Assembly (NCBI GenBank): GCA_963795085.1
Contig: CAWCFX010000001.1
Span: forward strand, 1,088,001 to 1,152,000
DNA from: an uncultured Gemmatimonadales bacterium
Lineage (GTDB): Bacteria; Gemmatimonadota; Gemmatimonadetes; Gemmatimonadales; GWC2-71-9
DNA: 64,000 nucleotides
Reading direction: 5' to 3'
In this document: positions 1-10,066 of the stretch, in pieces
How positions within the stretch are numbered: the stretch's first letter is position 1
Layout: each line of letters starts with the position of its first letter
Made by a program: the position numbers and the translations under genes
The notes under the pieces: generated by a model
What the model was told of the DNA's origin: nothing
The model's input: the letters and a program-made list of their open reading frames with translations, nothing else
The model's database searches: none

Positions 1-163
1 CAGAGCGTATCATGAGCGACCTGGAGGAAGTACCTATACGGGTGGGGGGTTCTGGCTCGAAAGCGATCTCCCGATAAACCTTCATGCGTTCGAACATATC
101 GTAAGAACATCAATCTGCGCCTGGTGGTTGAATCTGGCGTATCCCACCACCGGGGCATCCTGA

Positions 164-1285
164 CTAGCCCATTATCAAGTGCTCTAGTTTTGCAGTTGCT
201 TCCTCTTGAAGGGTTGGCAAGACGGCCGAATAGGTGTCCATCGTCAGAACAATGGATGCGTGCCCTAGGCGCTCGCTCACAACCTTGGCATTGGTGCCGG
301 CCGCTAACATTAGTGACGCGCAGGTATGGCGAAGGTCGTAGGTGCGCAAGTGAGACAGCTTCGCCCTGTTAAGAATCTTCTGAAAATGCCACTTGCGGAG
401 GGACGAAACATTGATCGGCCCGCCAGTCGGGCCAGCAAAGATGAGACCTTGATCCTCGTAGATACTCCCGAGACGAAGCCTAGCTTCTGCCTGCTGCCTC
501 TTGTGATCCCGAAGGGACTTTAGGACGACCTCAGGAAGTGGCACAGTTCTTCGGCTCCTACTTGTCTTGGGCTCCCTGATCTCTGAGCCACCCCGATAGC
601 CAAAAACCAGGGCTCTCTGAATCCTGAGATTGGTCCCCTCAAGATCGGTCCACTTAAGAGCAGCTGCTGCCTCACCCGGACGAAGGCCACCAAACAGGAG
701 GACGAGCCAGAGGGCAGACCATTCGTCCTCCTTGGCAGCTTCGACGAACCTAGCCGCCTCAGCTGGCGGCAGAATGGTGAGTTCTCTTCTGATCATTTTG
801 GGGAGGGTTACAAGTGACGCAGGGTTGCGAGCGAATGGCATTCCAGAGGACTGCTTGCTTAAGCGCGCTTCGCAGGACGGCATGCACATACCTGACAACC
901 CTAGGAGATAGGCCACGGAGGGATAGCCCGTTGTAGAAGCGTTGAAGGTCGGCAGGGCTCAGAGACGAGAGCTTCACATCCCCTAGGGCGGGCTGAATGT
1001 ACCGACGGGTCAGATCAGCATAGTCACGGTGGGTTCGATTGCTTACGCGGGGCTTGGCGATGTTTTCGAGCCAATCAACCAAGAACTCCCCAACGGTTTG
1101 GCGGGAAGGCTCAGCGAAGGTTCCCGAGGAAACATCTGAAATAGTCTTGGCCGACCGGCTCCCGCCTGCCGCTTCGACCCCTTGATGGTCTTGTTTAGGT
1201 AGCGTCTTCGTCCATCCGCCCGCCTCACTAGGTAAACCCGGCACAACCAGATCCCAGGTCCTCGGTTAATCAGTTGGCCAGCCAT
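164..1285 (-). CDS. Tyrosine recombinase/integrase, phage/ICE type; split over three frames by indels
   Basis: ORFs 1043-1285 (arm-binding-like N-terminus), 759-1244 (core-binding domain) and 164-916 (GLRPGE, PKT, YDLRHT, LGHA, TMDTYS catalytic motifs) are contiguous pieces of one integrase. Confidence 0.9.
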
Positions 1286-2068
1286 TTGGGGGTCCTCGGA
1301 AGGGGGTTACCTCAAGATAGGAAAACCCAACTCCGCACACAATAGGCACACATGTAACAATATGCCATTTAGACACAACGACTTACAATGCACCAACGGA
1401 TTTATAGTCAGTAGGGCGTGCAAATTCCTAAAGTCTTGCGTCCGGAGATTTCTGGCGCATACTCTCTTCGAGTCCCCTCCCTAATGAAGAACACATGAAG
1501 AAACGGCGTGTATACGAATGCCCAGCAGTTGTGATGGATACCGACGTGTAATCGAGATCAGGTAGGATTTGCACCTGGATCGATCCGAGAAGATCAGGAA
1601 GGAGTTGGGGCGTGGCCCCAGTTTGGCCAAGTCGAGGGCGGCGCAGCTGCTAGTTGTGTAGTGCTTAGGCCCGTGCCATCTGTCGTCCGCAGTATCCCAC
1701 CGCAGTCCTCCATCGCCATTTTCAGGGCGTCGTACCCAAGCGCAGAAATTAGCGAAATCAATTGGCTAACTCCGGAGTGTGATCGCTACCTGTCAGGATG
1801 ATACTTCACTGTCCTCGACCACGAAATCACCCCAGGACACGAACCGTCAGGGTACCCCCCAGTTCGATGAAGAACCCAAGATCCCCTGGTCTACCACATG
1901 GTACCACATTTCCGGGTCTACCGAGGGGTGGACTCTTCGGGACATCATCCCGTCTCTTAGACGGGCTCGCTGCGACGTCCACCGGGATCGATCCTGCAGC
2001 GATTTGGTCAGACGGATGACTGAGCCCCCAGTTGAGGCTCACTGGTACACACCCAGAGCTCTATCATG

Positions 2069-3373
2069 TCAACCCTCCCCGCCACAATGTGACTTCTCCT
2101 GGCCATGTGCATCGCAGCCTAAATTGATGCGAAGGCCGCATTGGAGGCAGTCTAATACCTGCTTTGAGGCCCGAGGGCTAGGCCCCGGCTCGGCTCCTGC
2201 ACGGATACAGTTGACATACTTGACAATCATGGGAGCGCCCAGAGAATCACGCCTTACACCCGTCAGTACTCCGTCAAAAATGAACTTCGCTTGTAGGTCT
2301 GCAGGAAGGAGACGTCTTCGAAGTAGCGTACCATTGGCACTGTATACGTGCCACTCGAAGTGCGTCATATTATCGGCCCCGTACACTTCAATCCAGATAT
2401 CGCCGTTGTTGGCCACAAGAACTTGCCGAACTGAAGGTTTCACTGATGGGATCCTTATCAGTGGTCTCAACTCTGGATGAATATCGACCAAGTCATGATC
2501 TATGCTGTCAACCTCTTCTTGTGTCAATGCGAAGCGAGAGTTTGATCCCACATACTGTCTGAGCATCCTGCTAGTGGAATCATAAACACTAATTGTGTAA
2601 TCTCTTCCATTCGCGATGTAAATCTCCGCACTTGGCCCAATAGCCCAGTACTGCCTTGGTGCGAAGGGTGCGGGGGCGGAAGCACTAACTCCTGGACGTC
2701 GCACAGATACGAATGCTTGAGAATCAGTCCAGGTGAATGACGTCGTTTGTTACACCCGACTGCCAAGAAGCGTACTGAATCACGGACATGCCGTCATCAT
2801 CCGCCGGTGGACTTCGATATACCGGCCTTGCGTAAAGAAATGTCCCGTAAGGGGTAATAAAGACTGGATCACGGTCTTTCCAATGTGACATAACTGTGTC
2901 GCCCAGAAGACGGCCGTGGAGATCGAAAAAACTTAGTCTATTAGGGATTCGATCCCACACAGCTACTGTATGCATCCCGGATTATGACCCGGGAAGGCCA
3001 GGCGAACTCACCAGGCCCATGTCCGGGTCTCCCGATCTGGGTGGCTAAAGGACCCATCCGCATTGTAAGCAAGCAATCGACGCTCGCCTGCATCAACCGC
3101 GTATAGTTCGCCACTCGCCCCACGGGCAAGGTCCCAGACCTGGTTCAAGAAAGCACTGCTGTCACTCATATCGTTTCCAACTGTGGCTATCTCCTTTGAC
3201 GACATAAGGTCAACACCCATAGCGGTCGAGTGGGTCAGCCTATGGATGGGAATACCCCCCACGGTATCAATCGTAGCTGCCGGTTCAGTGCGCGGGGAAG
3301 GACTTGAGCACGCCCATGCCAAAAGATACTGCGGAAGCATGTAGTACAAAAAAGCGGAGATTACTCTCTGCAT
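2069..3373 (-). CDS. 6-bladed beta-propeller lipoprotein (frameshifted)
   Basis: Joined ORFs 3008-3535, 2941-3129, 2724-2975 and 2069-2704. Lipobox-like LAWAC; IGRPGHGPGEF, VWDxxxNRLSFFDxxG and GVRRDSLG motifs typical of TolB-like/6-bladed propellers. Confidence 0.75.
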
Positions 3374-3818
3374 TTTACAGTCACGTGTCCACTGCTTATG
3401 TCGGCGGTACATGCTGTTTTCCAGTTGGCTTGATTCCCTGGCACGCTTAGAGTATTCAACACCTTCCAGTCTGACTGCCGAAAAACTATTCGCTCGATGT
3501 TTGTGGTAATTATCTGAGACGACAATCCATTCCACTTCCCATCAAAAAACAACTGCAACCCTACATCGGTACCGCAAGCAGCACTTGCGTCGGGGCCCTT
3601 GGCCTCGACAGTCACTGAAGCTTCGGTAGTGTCACCTTGAGAGAAGGTGAATGCAAGAGACCCAGGTGTTCTCTCTTCGAAGACCACGTCAAGAACGCCG
3701 CGGTGAGTGGGAGTTCGATCGGTGGCGCAACGCAGTCCTTGCGCGGACAGGCTTGTCACCGGATTACTGACCGCCAGCATTCCGAGATGATCCCGAGTAC
3801 GAGAGGATGATTGTTCAC
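3361..3818 (-). CDS. Secreted hypothetical protein with 4 Cys
   Basis: ORF 3361-3780, plus GGGGAG RBS and GTG at 3818 one indel upstream; signal peptide ending in SLSA-Q. Confidence 0.6.
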
Positions 3819-3833
3819 GATTGTCTCCCCTAG

Positions 3834-3886
3834 TGACGGGGCCGAAGTGGATAGTTCATCGGCCAGCCTACCCACTTCGCCCGTCA
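3834..3886 (-). other. Intergenic stem-loop directly after the peptide genes
   Basis: TGACGGGGCCGAAGTGGATAG ... CTACCCACTTCGCCCGTCA imperfect inverted repeat, no poly-U tail. Confidence 0.7.
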
Positions 3887-3890
3887 TTGA

Positions 3891-4132
3891 TTAGTTAGGA
3901 ATCGACCTGCATTCCGATATGGCGCCGTTTGCACAACTGGCTGTGCACTGGCCCATACTCGCTTGACAAGTACACCAAGTATTTGAAACAGTGCAGGTGC
4001 AAATACCGCTCGAGCAGCTCGCCTTATCCATTTGAGCAGTTCCTTGACGAACTCCAAGCACCTAGGGCAAGTCCCCAAGTGGCAACGGTCGCCAGTAGTA
4101 CTAGCCGTTTTAGTCGCGGATAAAGTGGCCAT
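3891..4132 (-). CDS. Secreted 8-Cys peptide 2 (not in ORF track; leader interrupted by two indels)
   Basis: 3891-4031 reads MDKASCSSGICTCTVSNTWCTCQASMGQCTASCANGAISECRSIPN*, with the same Cys spacing as peptide 1; signal-like PRLKRLVLLATVATWGLALGA in an adjacent frame. Confidence 0.8.
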
Positions 4133-4168
4133 TGACGGAGTAATGGTTGGACGAAATGGAATGGCCGA

Positions 4169-4406
4169 TTACGGAGGTGTCTGCGTGCCACATTCCGAGG
4201 TTGTTCCGGATACACAGTGTGCCTTGCACGCGCCTCCACCAGAATGACAAGTACAACTTGTTCCGGCGGCCGCGCATGCACATCCGCCGCTGCTACAGGC
4301 CGCACTGTCCTGCGCTACTACAGCGGCCTTTGCGATGGGGATGGCAAAGGTCAGCCATATGGCAATGGCTGCCAATGCGAACGAGATACCTGGTCAGTTT
4401 GATCAT
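4169..4406 (-). CDS. Secreted 8-Cys peptide 1
   Basis: ORF 4169-4375 has a hydrophobic stretch and AKA cleavage site, then DSAACSSGGCACAAAGTSCTCHSGGGACKAHCVSGTTSEC; GGAGGAG RBS and ATG at 4406 (MIKLTRY) are one base out of frame. Confidence 0.8.
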
Positions 4407-4472
4407 CCGCCCTCTCCTCCGTTTGGATTGTAAGGGTACCACGACGGCCGCAGAGTGGGCCGCAAGTAATCA

Positions 4473-5219
4473 TTAGGAGCGATCGACTTGACCAAGCTCA
4501 TGGTGAAGTGCTGCCTTGAGGAGTGTCCAATTAGAGCCTTGGAGGCGCTTGCCATTAATGAAGAACGTGGGGGTGGCCGTTACGACCAGGCTTTGCCCCG
4601 ATACTTCTCGCCTTGTCGACCCTTTCCCTCGTTTCTCTCGAGCTCATGCAGGCATTCAGGTGTTCTCGGGCCAGGCCCAACCTCTCAGAGACGCGGGCGA
4701 TGTAAGAATCTGCATCCTGTGCAACTGCTACTTGATTGGCGAATAACGAGTCATGAAAGACCCAGAAGTTACCGTTGTCAGCGTGACATTCCGAAGCAAA
4801 CGCAGCTATGTACGCATTGGGGTGAAGCGAGGCAATAGGAAAATGAACAAAACGCAGGCGGACCCGGCCTTTGTGTGCTTCAACAAAACCCTTTATGGAA
4901 TCCGCAATAACCGCGCAGGCCGGACACTCGAAATCGGCAAACTCTACAATGTCAACATCAGGAGTGTTGAATCCCAAACTTGGGGAATCCAGACGATGCC
5001 CCTTCCACCCAAGTCCCCTCGAGGGTGAATTTGGCCCAAGTCTCGATTGCGGTCAGCCGCTCGGATATTCCGGCACCAAATTGGCTCATTCGCTCATCAA
5101 GGGCCTTGTCCGTGGTCTTAACTCGTCGATCAAGTGAAAGATGAGAACCGGTGCCCCACTAATAGCGTGCTTAAGACGATTAGGAGGGACCTGATGCTCT
5201 TGTCTGAATCAGAGGTCAT
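4473..5219 (-). CDS. DsbA-family thiol:disulfide oxidoreductase with N-terminal membrane anchor (frameshifted)
   Basis: EFADFECPAC active site, HFPI motif, C-terminal VTATPTFFINGKR (cis-Pro loop) in a neighbouring frame; hydrophobic N-terminus from ATG 5219. Confidence 0.85.
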
Positions 5220-6362
5220 TGCAGATACCCTTGTTATGATGGGAAGCGACCGTAGCTGAAGGTATAGAGGACAACAACAGGTTGAACTGAGTTTCCTAGG
5301 GTAACTCCTATGACCTGAGACTCTGCGAGCCGCGGTGAGCCTTACTGGTAGGGTTACGTTACCACAATACGCACCTGAGTTTCTTCGGAATACATCGTAG
5401 TCAAAGGCACTTGTATGGGCCTCAGGTCGTGGAACGCGCACAACAACAAGACTATCAGTCACCAAGAACTCGAGAACAGAAGACTTTGTCTTTGGAATTA
5501 GCGACTGAATGTCACCTGGCGTTAGCCTGTCGTACCAGCGGCGTTCAGAGCTACAAGAACGTCCTCCTCAGTTACGGGGATTGGGCGACGACGACGGCCT
5601 ATGACCTGATTTGGCAGTGCGGGATGACTAGCCTGGATGGCGTATTCCCTGCTGAGACTAGTGAACAACTCCCCCGTTGGTGCCATCGCCCATTGAGTGC
5701 GGTTGGCCATTTCAAAACCTAGGCTTAACGAACTGACTGTGCGGTCCAGCTTGGTTACTACGCTGCTCTTGACATCAAACGGGCCGAGTGAATCAACAAC
5801 CACACCTTCAAGGGAATACACTTGGGTGAACTCTGCATATGTGCCGTCGCTCCTGGACATATGAAGTCCGACCGCGACTTCGTTTCGATCGTTCGTTGCA
5901 ACAGGTAGACATAAAAAATGCCGGCCGGCTCAAGAATTAAAAGCCTCCGATCGATCCATCGGGACTCAAGGTGATGATTTGCCTCTTGGCTGCGTCCCAT
6001 ACAAAAAGGTGTCCATCAGGCGTGGAGCTAAATCCAACTAAGCTAGACGAGAATTGAAGCCCAGGAGCGTCCGGAGCAAATGTCTCAAGGCGATCGCCCC
6101 TCCACGATAACCTTTGAGCTTCACGAGATTGCACGTCGAGGATGTACAGTGAACTGTCAGGGCCAAAATCAACGTCCACCACTAAGCGGCTTACTGTGTC
6201 TGGTGGAATTGGCAGCAGTGAAAGCGAGCTTGTTTGCTGAAGAGTGACACTTTCAACACATTGGTCTAGCTCGATACTTGAGAGGTCGGTATTTAGTGAG
6301 GCCCCCTTCTCGCAGCCCTGTACAAAGCACACCACCAAAAGCAGACGTGTATAACTGGCCAT
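5216..6362 (-). CDS. 6-bladed beta-propeller lipoprotein (frameshifted)
   Basis: ORFs 5937-6464, 5522-5860 and 5130-5465; lipobox VQGC; DVDFGPDSSLYILD and DGHLFVWD blade motifs; end coordinate approximate. Confidence 0.65.
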
Positions 6363-6957
6363 GGAGAGGTTACGTGAAATAGCTCGTTCACTGGTCCAGC
6401 ACGACATGATATGGCCCTTGGTTCGTAGACGAGGCTGCTCTTGGGGACTCATAGTCTTAAGCATCCCCTTATAGAAGGATTTGTCAATAGGTCGTGGGCA
6501 GCATTACATGCGCCCTAACCGTAACGCGGCAGGGTCAACCAAGTATCAAACCATTGTGGCGCATTGCCTTAGTGAAGGGTATGCTTTCTGTTGGTGAGTG
6601 AGCCCCAATACCGTTTTGGGCCGTAAACGTAAGGCTGCCTTGTGAGTTAGCTGGCAGCCACAGATCAATGCACAACAAGATTCAAGTTGAGTATTGCTAA
6701 CACTGAAGTATGGCGCGATTTCTCAAGTCTCGGGCCTAGCCTGTTCTCCCTAAGCGGAAGGCTGATGCTTCCAGTCGCAATCGCTGGCGAGCAATCAGCG
6801 CATCGACTATTGGCAGCATTGACCGTGCATTTCAGGATCGACGCACCCCCACCCTAAGGCATGGTTGGAGCTTGGATTCAGAAGGTTTCCTTGATCTTGC
6901 CCCGGAAAAGTGGACACCGAGTTAGGTCGGATGCAAGTTACCGACGGGAGGTGGTCC

Positions 6958-7250
6958 ATGAAAGCGACGCGACGGCGGTTCAGCCGGGAGTTCAAGCTGG
7001 AGGCGGTCCGGCAGCTGGCGGCGGGGAGCCGGTTGGCCGATGTGGCCCGGGCGCTGGCGGTGGATGCCCAGGTGCTGCGGCGGTGGCAGGCGCAGGTGGC
7101 GATCGACCCGGTGACGGCCTTTCCGGGCAATGGCCGCGCGCCGGCCGACGAGGCCGAGTTGCAGCGGTTGCGGCGGGAGGTGGTCCAGCTGCGGGCCGAG
7201 CGTGATTTCCTAAAAAAGCGGCGGCGTTCTTCGCGAAGGACGCCAAGTGA
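6958..7250 (+). CDS. IS3 transposase OrfA (HTH)
   Basis: RRRFSREFKLEAVRQL...LRRW...LRAERDFLKK; A6G slippery run at 7212-7218. Confidence 0.88.
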
Positions 7251-8108
7251 GATTCCAGGCCCTGCGCACGATCGCGAGCGTGCTCCCGCTGCGGCGGCGG
7301 TGTGCCTTGCTCGAGGTGTCGCGGAGCGGGTACTACGCCTGGTGCCGTCGTCCGGCCAGTCGGCGGGCGCTGGCGAATCGGCTGCTGGTGGGCGTGATCA
7401 CCCGGGTGCACCGCGAGGTCGACCGGACCTATGGCAGTCCGCGGATGCAGCAGGAGCTGGTGGGCCAGGGCTGGCGCTGTGGCCGGCACCGGGTCGCCCG
7501 CCTGATGCAGGCGCACGGGATCCGGGCCAAGCAGGCGCGGCGCTTTCAGGTGACGACGGACAGCCGGCATGGGTACGCGACGGCGCCGAATCGGCTGGCG
7601 CGGCAGTTTACCGTGGCGGCACCGAACCAGGTCTGGATGAGCGATGTCACCTACCTCCCGACGGCGAGCGGGTGGTGCTACCTGGCCGTGGTGCTGGACG
7701 CCTGGTCGCGCCGGGTGATTGGGTGGGCGGTCGATACGCAGATCACCGCGGCGCTGACGCTGGCCGCGCTGGAGCAGGCGACGACGTCGCGCCGGCCGCC
7801 GGTCGGGGTCCTGCACCACTCCGATCGCGGCGTGCAGTACGCTTGTACCGCTTATCGGACCGCCCTGCAGCGCCTGGGCATGGTGGCGAGCATGAGCCGG
7901 CGGGGCAATTGCTGGGATAACGCGGTGGTCGAGAAGTTTCTTTGCCTCGCTCAAGACCGAGCGCACCGGCGACAAACGGTATGGATCGTGGCAGGAGGCC
8001 GAGGCCGATGTGCGGGATTACATCGAGCGCTTTTACAACCGGCAACGGCGGCACTCGACCCTCGGGCACCTCAGCCCGGCGATCTACGAGCTCTGCCAAG
8101 TGGCCTAA
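7247..8108 (+). CDS. IS3 transposase OrfB (DDE integrase core); one indel near 7935
   Basis: SRSGYY, YGSPR, WMSDVTY, LHHSDRGVQY and CWDNAVVE motifs; the C-terminal YIERFYNRQRRHSTLG continues in another frame. Confidence 0.92.
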
Positions 8109-8188
8109 TGCTGTCCACTAGAACGGGGCAAGGTCACCTGGCAATATCCGGCGCCGCTACTTGTTGAACGGGACCGTGCGAATCCAGC

Positions 8189-8425
8189 TTGTTCCGGATA
8201 GTACATCATTGTCTTACACAATTAACTCCTTCCCTTGCCCTTATACCGGTTGCGTGGGCTGCACTGCCGGTTTGTGGGATTATCGTGTGGCAGGGCTCCA
8301 CAGTCGCCTCTAGTCTCCTCTTTACGGTATTGGGACTTGGCGTTCTCTTTGTTGCATCTTGGATGGTTGCCCAGTACCAATTGGTTCGGCTTCTCCGTGT
8401 AGCCGTGCGCGGTGTTGCCAGCTAA
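8189..8425 (+). CDS. Membrane protein fragment (cassette gene, probably IS3-interrupted)
   Basis: Two hydrophobic helices; stop codon lies inside the attC R'' box (AGCTAAC). Confidence 0.45.
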   Translation: MFRIVHHCLTQLTPSLALIPVAWAALPVCGIIVWQGSTVASSLLFTVLGLGVLFVASWMVAQYQLVRLLRVAVRGVAS

Positions 8426-8517
8426 CACGGGCTTGGAGTGACCATTCGCGCCGGGCCCATCTGATGGATGCCGGGACATGATGAGCGCGAATGCCACTAA
8501 AGCGCTAACCATTTGGC
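8420..8517 (+). other. Degenerate integron attC site a
   Basis: AGCTAAC...GCTTGGAGTG..ATTCGCGC...GCGCGAAT..CACTAAAGC...ATTTGGC; aligns along its length with the sites at 9735 and 10067. Confidence 0.65.
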
Positions 8518-8541
8518 TGCTCACAATATCTGAGGGTTTTT

Positions 8542-9464
8542 ATGCCGACAGTACGGGACGAGCTGATCCGAATCCATGAGGACACTGGTGCGTTGGTGTC
8601 ACTCGTTGAGGGCAGTACGGACATCTCCAACGCGAAGTTGCACAGGATCTATCTCAGTTTAGCGCAGAGGTTCAACGGGCGCTTGAGACCCATTCGTATT
8701 CGACGGCACAATACGTAGACCAACTCGACGACAGGTTGCGAGACCTCCGAGATCACTGATGGCGTCGGCCATTGATGCAAATGGTTCGCTTATATACAAG
8801 GGCCAACAGGAGCAAGCGGCTCAAATCAGCGGCAGCGTGGTCGCCGCTGGAGTTGTGGGCGGGCTGTTCTCGCTACTGGGTACCGCGATCGCAGCTAAGC
8901 TAGTCAGTAACGCTATTGAAGACGCAACGGACCATCGACCGCCTACAGCGGAAGAACTGAAGGAAAGGGCGCTACTCCTGCTCATCGCGACAATTCAGAA
9001 GGAACGATCCTACATTCCACTAAACGACATCCTCGACCGTGCCTGTGGACCAAAGGCGATCCTGACGGCAGAGGATGTCCGTCGAATCCTGATGCTACTC
9101 GCATCTGAGGGTGCGGTAGAACGCAAAACGGACGAGGAAGACGCTCCACTCCGTGTTAACCCCCACCATCCCAAAGGAATACCTGTCCTTAGCCACACCT
9201 TCGCAACACAGGCTCCAGACTCTACGAATCCTCTGCCCTTCGTGGACCTGGGACCACTTCTTTGGAGTGAGTCTCAGTAGAGACAAGGCCAAGGAGGTCA
9301 ACTTCGTCAAGGTCTATAAGAGCGCGGACAAGTACAAAGTGTTCGTCGGCCATCATGTCTATCCAGACCACGCATTCGCCACGTCGGAAGCTTTCACGAC
9401 TAAGGAGGAGGCAGAGGTGGCCCGAATCGACACGCACACTCGGCTGCGCAAAGGTCTCTCATGA
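8542..9464 (+). CDS. Hypothetical cassette protein(s) with a central hydrophobic Gly/Ala segment (frameshifted)
   Basis: ATG 25 nt after attC a; ORFs 8759-9280 and 9153-9464 continue on the same strand up to the next attC remnant. Confidence 0.45.
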
Positions 9465-9487
9465 TTATCTAGAGCAGCCCACCAGGC

Positions 9488-9517
9488 GCTGCGCAGTCTG
9501 AACGCTATCCGTTAAGC
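9488..9517 (+). other. attC right-half remnant b
   Basis: GCGCAGTCTGAACGCTATCCGTTAAGC ends in GTTRRRY, one mismatch from the complement of the next R'' box (GCCTAAC); no left half recognisable. Confidence 0.45.
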
Positions 9518-9734
9518 TGTGCCGACGAGCTCCTAAACTGAGAGTCAATAGCCGGTAGGATTTGCCATAAATGTCGAGGCGCTGGCGCCTGGCAGAGGAT
9601 CTAGCCGCGCGCGGTGAGCTTTGAGCAGCTGGGTGACTAGGGAAAGCTTCTGAGCTGGCCTCAATAGCTTGGAACGAGATCCCAACTACCGCGTAGCGCG
9701 ACCCATCCTTGACCGTGTCGGACCTAGTGCTGAC

Positions 9735-9830
9735 GCCTAACAGCGCTTGGAGCGGTCGAACCGCGCCCAGTTACACTGGACGCTACCATATGCTGCGCGC
9801 GGATTGCCGCTCAAGCGCCCACAGCTAGAC
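9735..9830 (+). other. Integron attC site c
   Basis: GCCTAAC-AGCGCTTGGAGCGG..AACCGCGC...GCGCGGATT.CCGCTCAAGCGC..GCTAGAC; imperfect palindrome with an unpaired G in the L box. Confidence 0.8.
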
Positions 9831-9853
9831 AGCCTACTTCAGGAGGTGAGCCA

Positions 9854-10038
9854 TTGTTTGCTAAGGCCAATTTGAAACGGGCACTCAGTGCAATTGAGGA
9901 CGCCACAAGTGCTTTAAATCGAGCTCGTCACACACAGAGGATACCTCGGCAGCCTCTCAGATTCGGCGGGCGCTAAGTGAGCTCGATGATGCCGAAACGA
10001 AGGTCAGGCGTGCGATCAAGGAATTACCAGATGAGTAA
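9854..10038 (+). CDS. Small (~61 aa) alpha-helical cassette protein (one indel; not in ORF track)
   Basis: AGGAGG RBS plus TTG; MFAKANLKRALSAIEDATSALNRAR...QIRRALSELDDAETKVRRAIKELPDE*. Confidence 0.65.
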
Positions 10039-10066
10039 AACAGTGCGGCCCCAGCCCGAGACGACT

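Larger units (their letters stand above)
6892..8136 (+). mobile_element. IS3-family insertion sequence, 1245 bp
   Basis: IRL TGATCTTGCCCCGGAAAAGTGGACAC and IRR (reverse complement) TGACCTTGCCCCGTTCTAGTGGACAG; TG...CA ends; 3-bp target duplication CCT (6889-6891 and 8137-8139). Confidence 0.95.

Noticed and set aside
1..163. Possible 3' end of a + strand gene converging on the integrase
   Set aside because: Needs an extra G in a homopolymer to stay open and has no recognisable motif, so it cannot be supported.
164..1285. Integrase as the IntI for the attC array
   Set aside because: It has an arm-binding-like N-terminus and phage/ICE motifs, I see no IntI-specific insertion, and it lies 7 kb from the array.
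1640..1672. CGCAGCTG...CTTAGGC resembling an attC right end
   Set aside because: No matching left half or palindrome.
1779..2480. 233-aa + strand ORF
   Set aside because: Mostly antisense to the propeller gene and has no recognisable features.
3891..4406. Peptides as ranthipeptide/lanthipeptide precursors or metallothioneins
   Set aside because: No modifying enzyme in the cluster. Sec-type leaders, an even Cys count and an adjacent DsbA favour disulfides. Metal binding is not excluded.
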